A stretch of 35,297 bases of DNA from a virus (Duplodnaviria; Caudoviricetes). Positions 35,134 through 35,297 of the stretch are shown here, piece by piece. Position numbers and translations under genes: made by a program. Under the pieces are notes generated by a model, which saw only the letters and a list, made by a program, of their open reading frames with translations, did not search any database and was not told where the DNA came from. Every line of letters begins with the position of its first letter. The first letter of the stretch is position 1. The stretch lies in IMG/VR virus record IMGVR_UViG_3300002092_000110, positions 1 through 35,297 of that record; one strand, 5' to 3'.

Positions 35134-35297
35134 CTAGTAGTAAAGTCTGACTTCGCCGCGACCACCAGAGCCAGCAGTACCGCCTGTGGAAGCACCGCCT
35201 CCACCTCCGCCACCTGCGCCACCTTGTCCGCCATTATTCAAAACGCCAGTAGCAGTTCCTGCGGGTGAACCATTTGGATAACCTGCTTCGGAAATTC
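35134..35297 (-). CDS. C-terminal fragment of a glycine-rich tail/fibre protein
   Basis: ...GGQGGAGGGGGGGASTGGTAGSGGRGEVRLYY*; open to the window edge. Confidence 0.8.
   Translation of the reverse strand, partial: ISEAGYPNGSPAGTATGVLNNGGQGGAGGGGGGGASTGGTAGSGGRGEVRLYY

Overview
A 35.3 kb fragment of a contractile-tailed (myovirus-type) dsDNA bacteriophage, with essentially all genes densely packed on the minus strand. A WhiB-family regulator and leaderless-type promoters point to an actinobacterial host. The AT-rich composition would fit a low-GC freshwater lineage, but this is inference. In transcription order (right to left) the window holds: (1) fibre/adhesin genes (Gly-rich protein fragment, Pro-poor collagen-like fibre, 7-repeat beta-propeller); (2) a putative glycan-processing trio (beta-propeller glycosidase-like, TPR, FkbM methyltransferase) interrupted by an HNH endonuclease; (3) a fibre with a 5+5 cysteine ladder, followed by a cassette of two paralogue pairs and a Cys-rich protein; (4) a neck gene and four tiny Lys-rich ORFs ending at a terminator; (5) a structured leader and the tail operon (terminator, sheath, tube, chaperone with a candidate +1 frameshift, tape measure-M23 peptidase, tube initiator, LysM/tail-X, split hub, unusual spike, gp25, baseplate J, wedge, membrane protein); (6) a replication module (initiator containing a palindromic origin candidate, DnaC-like loader, DnaB, WhiB, primase, SNF2-like helicase). 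Several small real ORFs were missed by the ORF track and several starts were corrected. All family assignments come from motif recognition by eye, not database searches.
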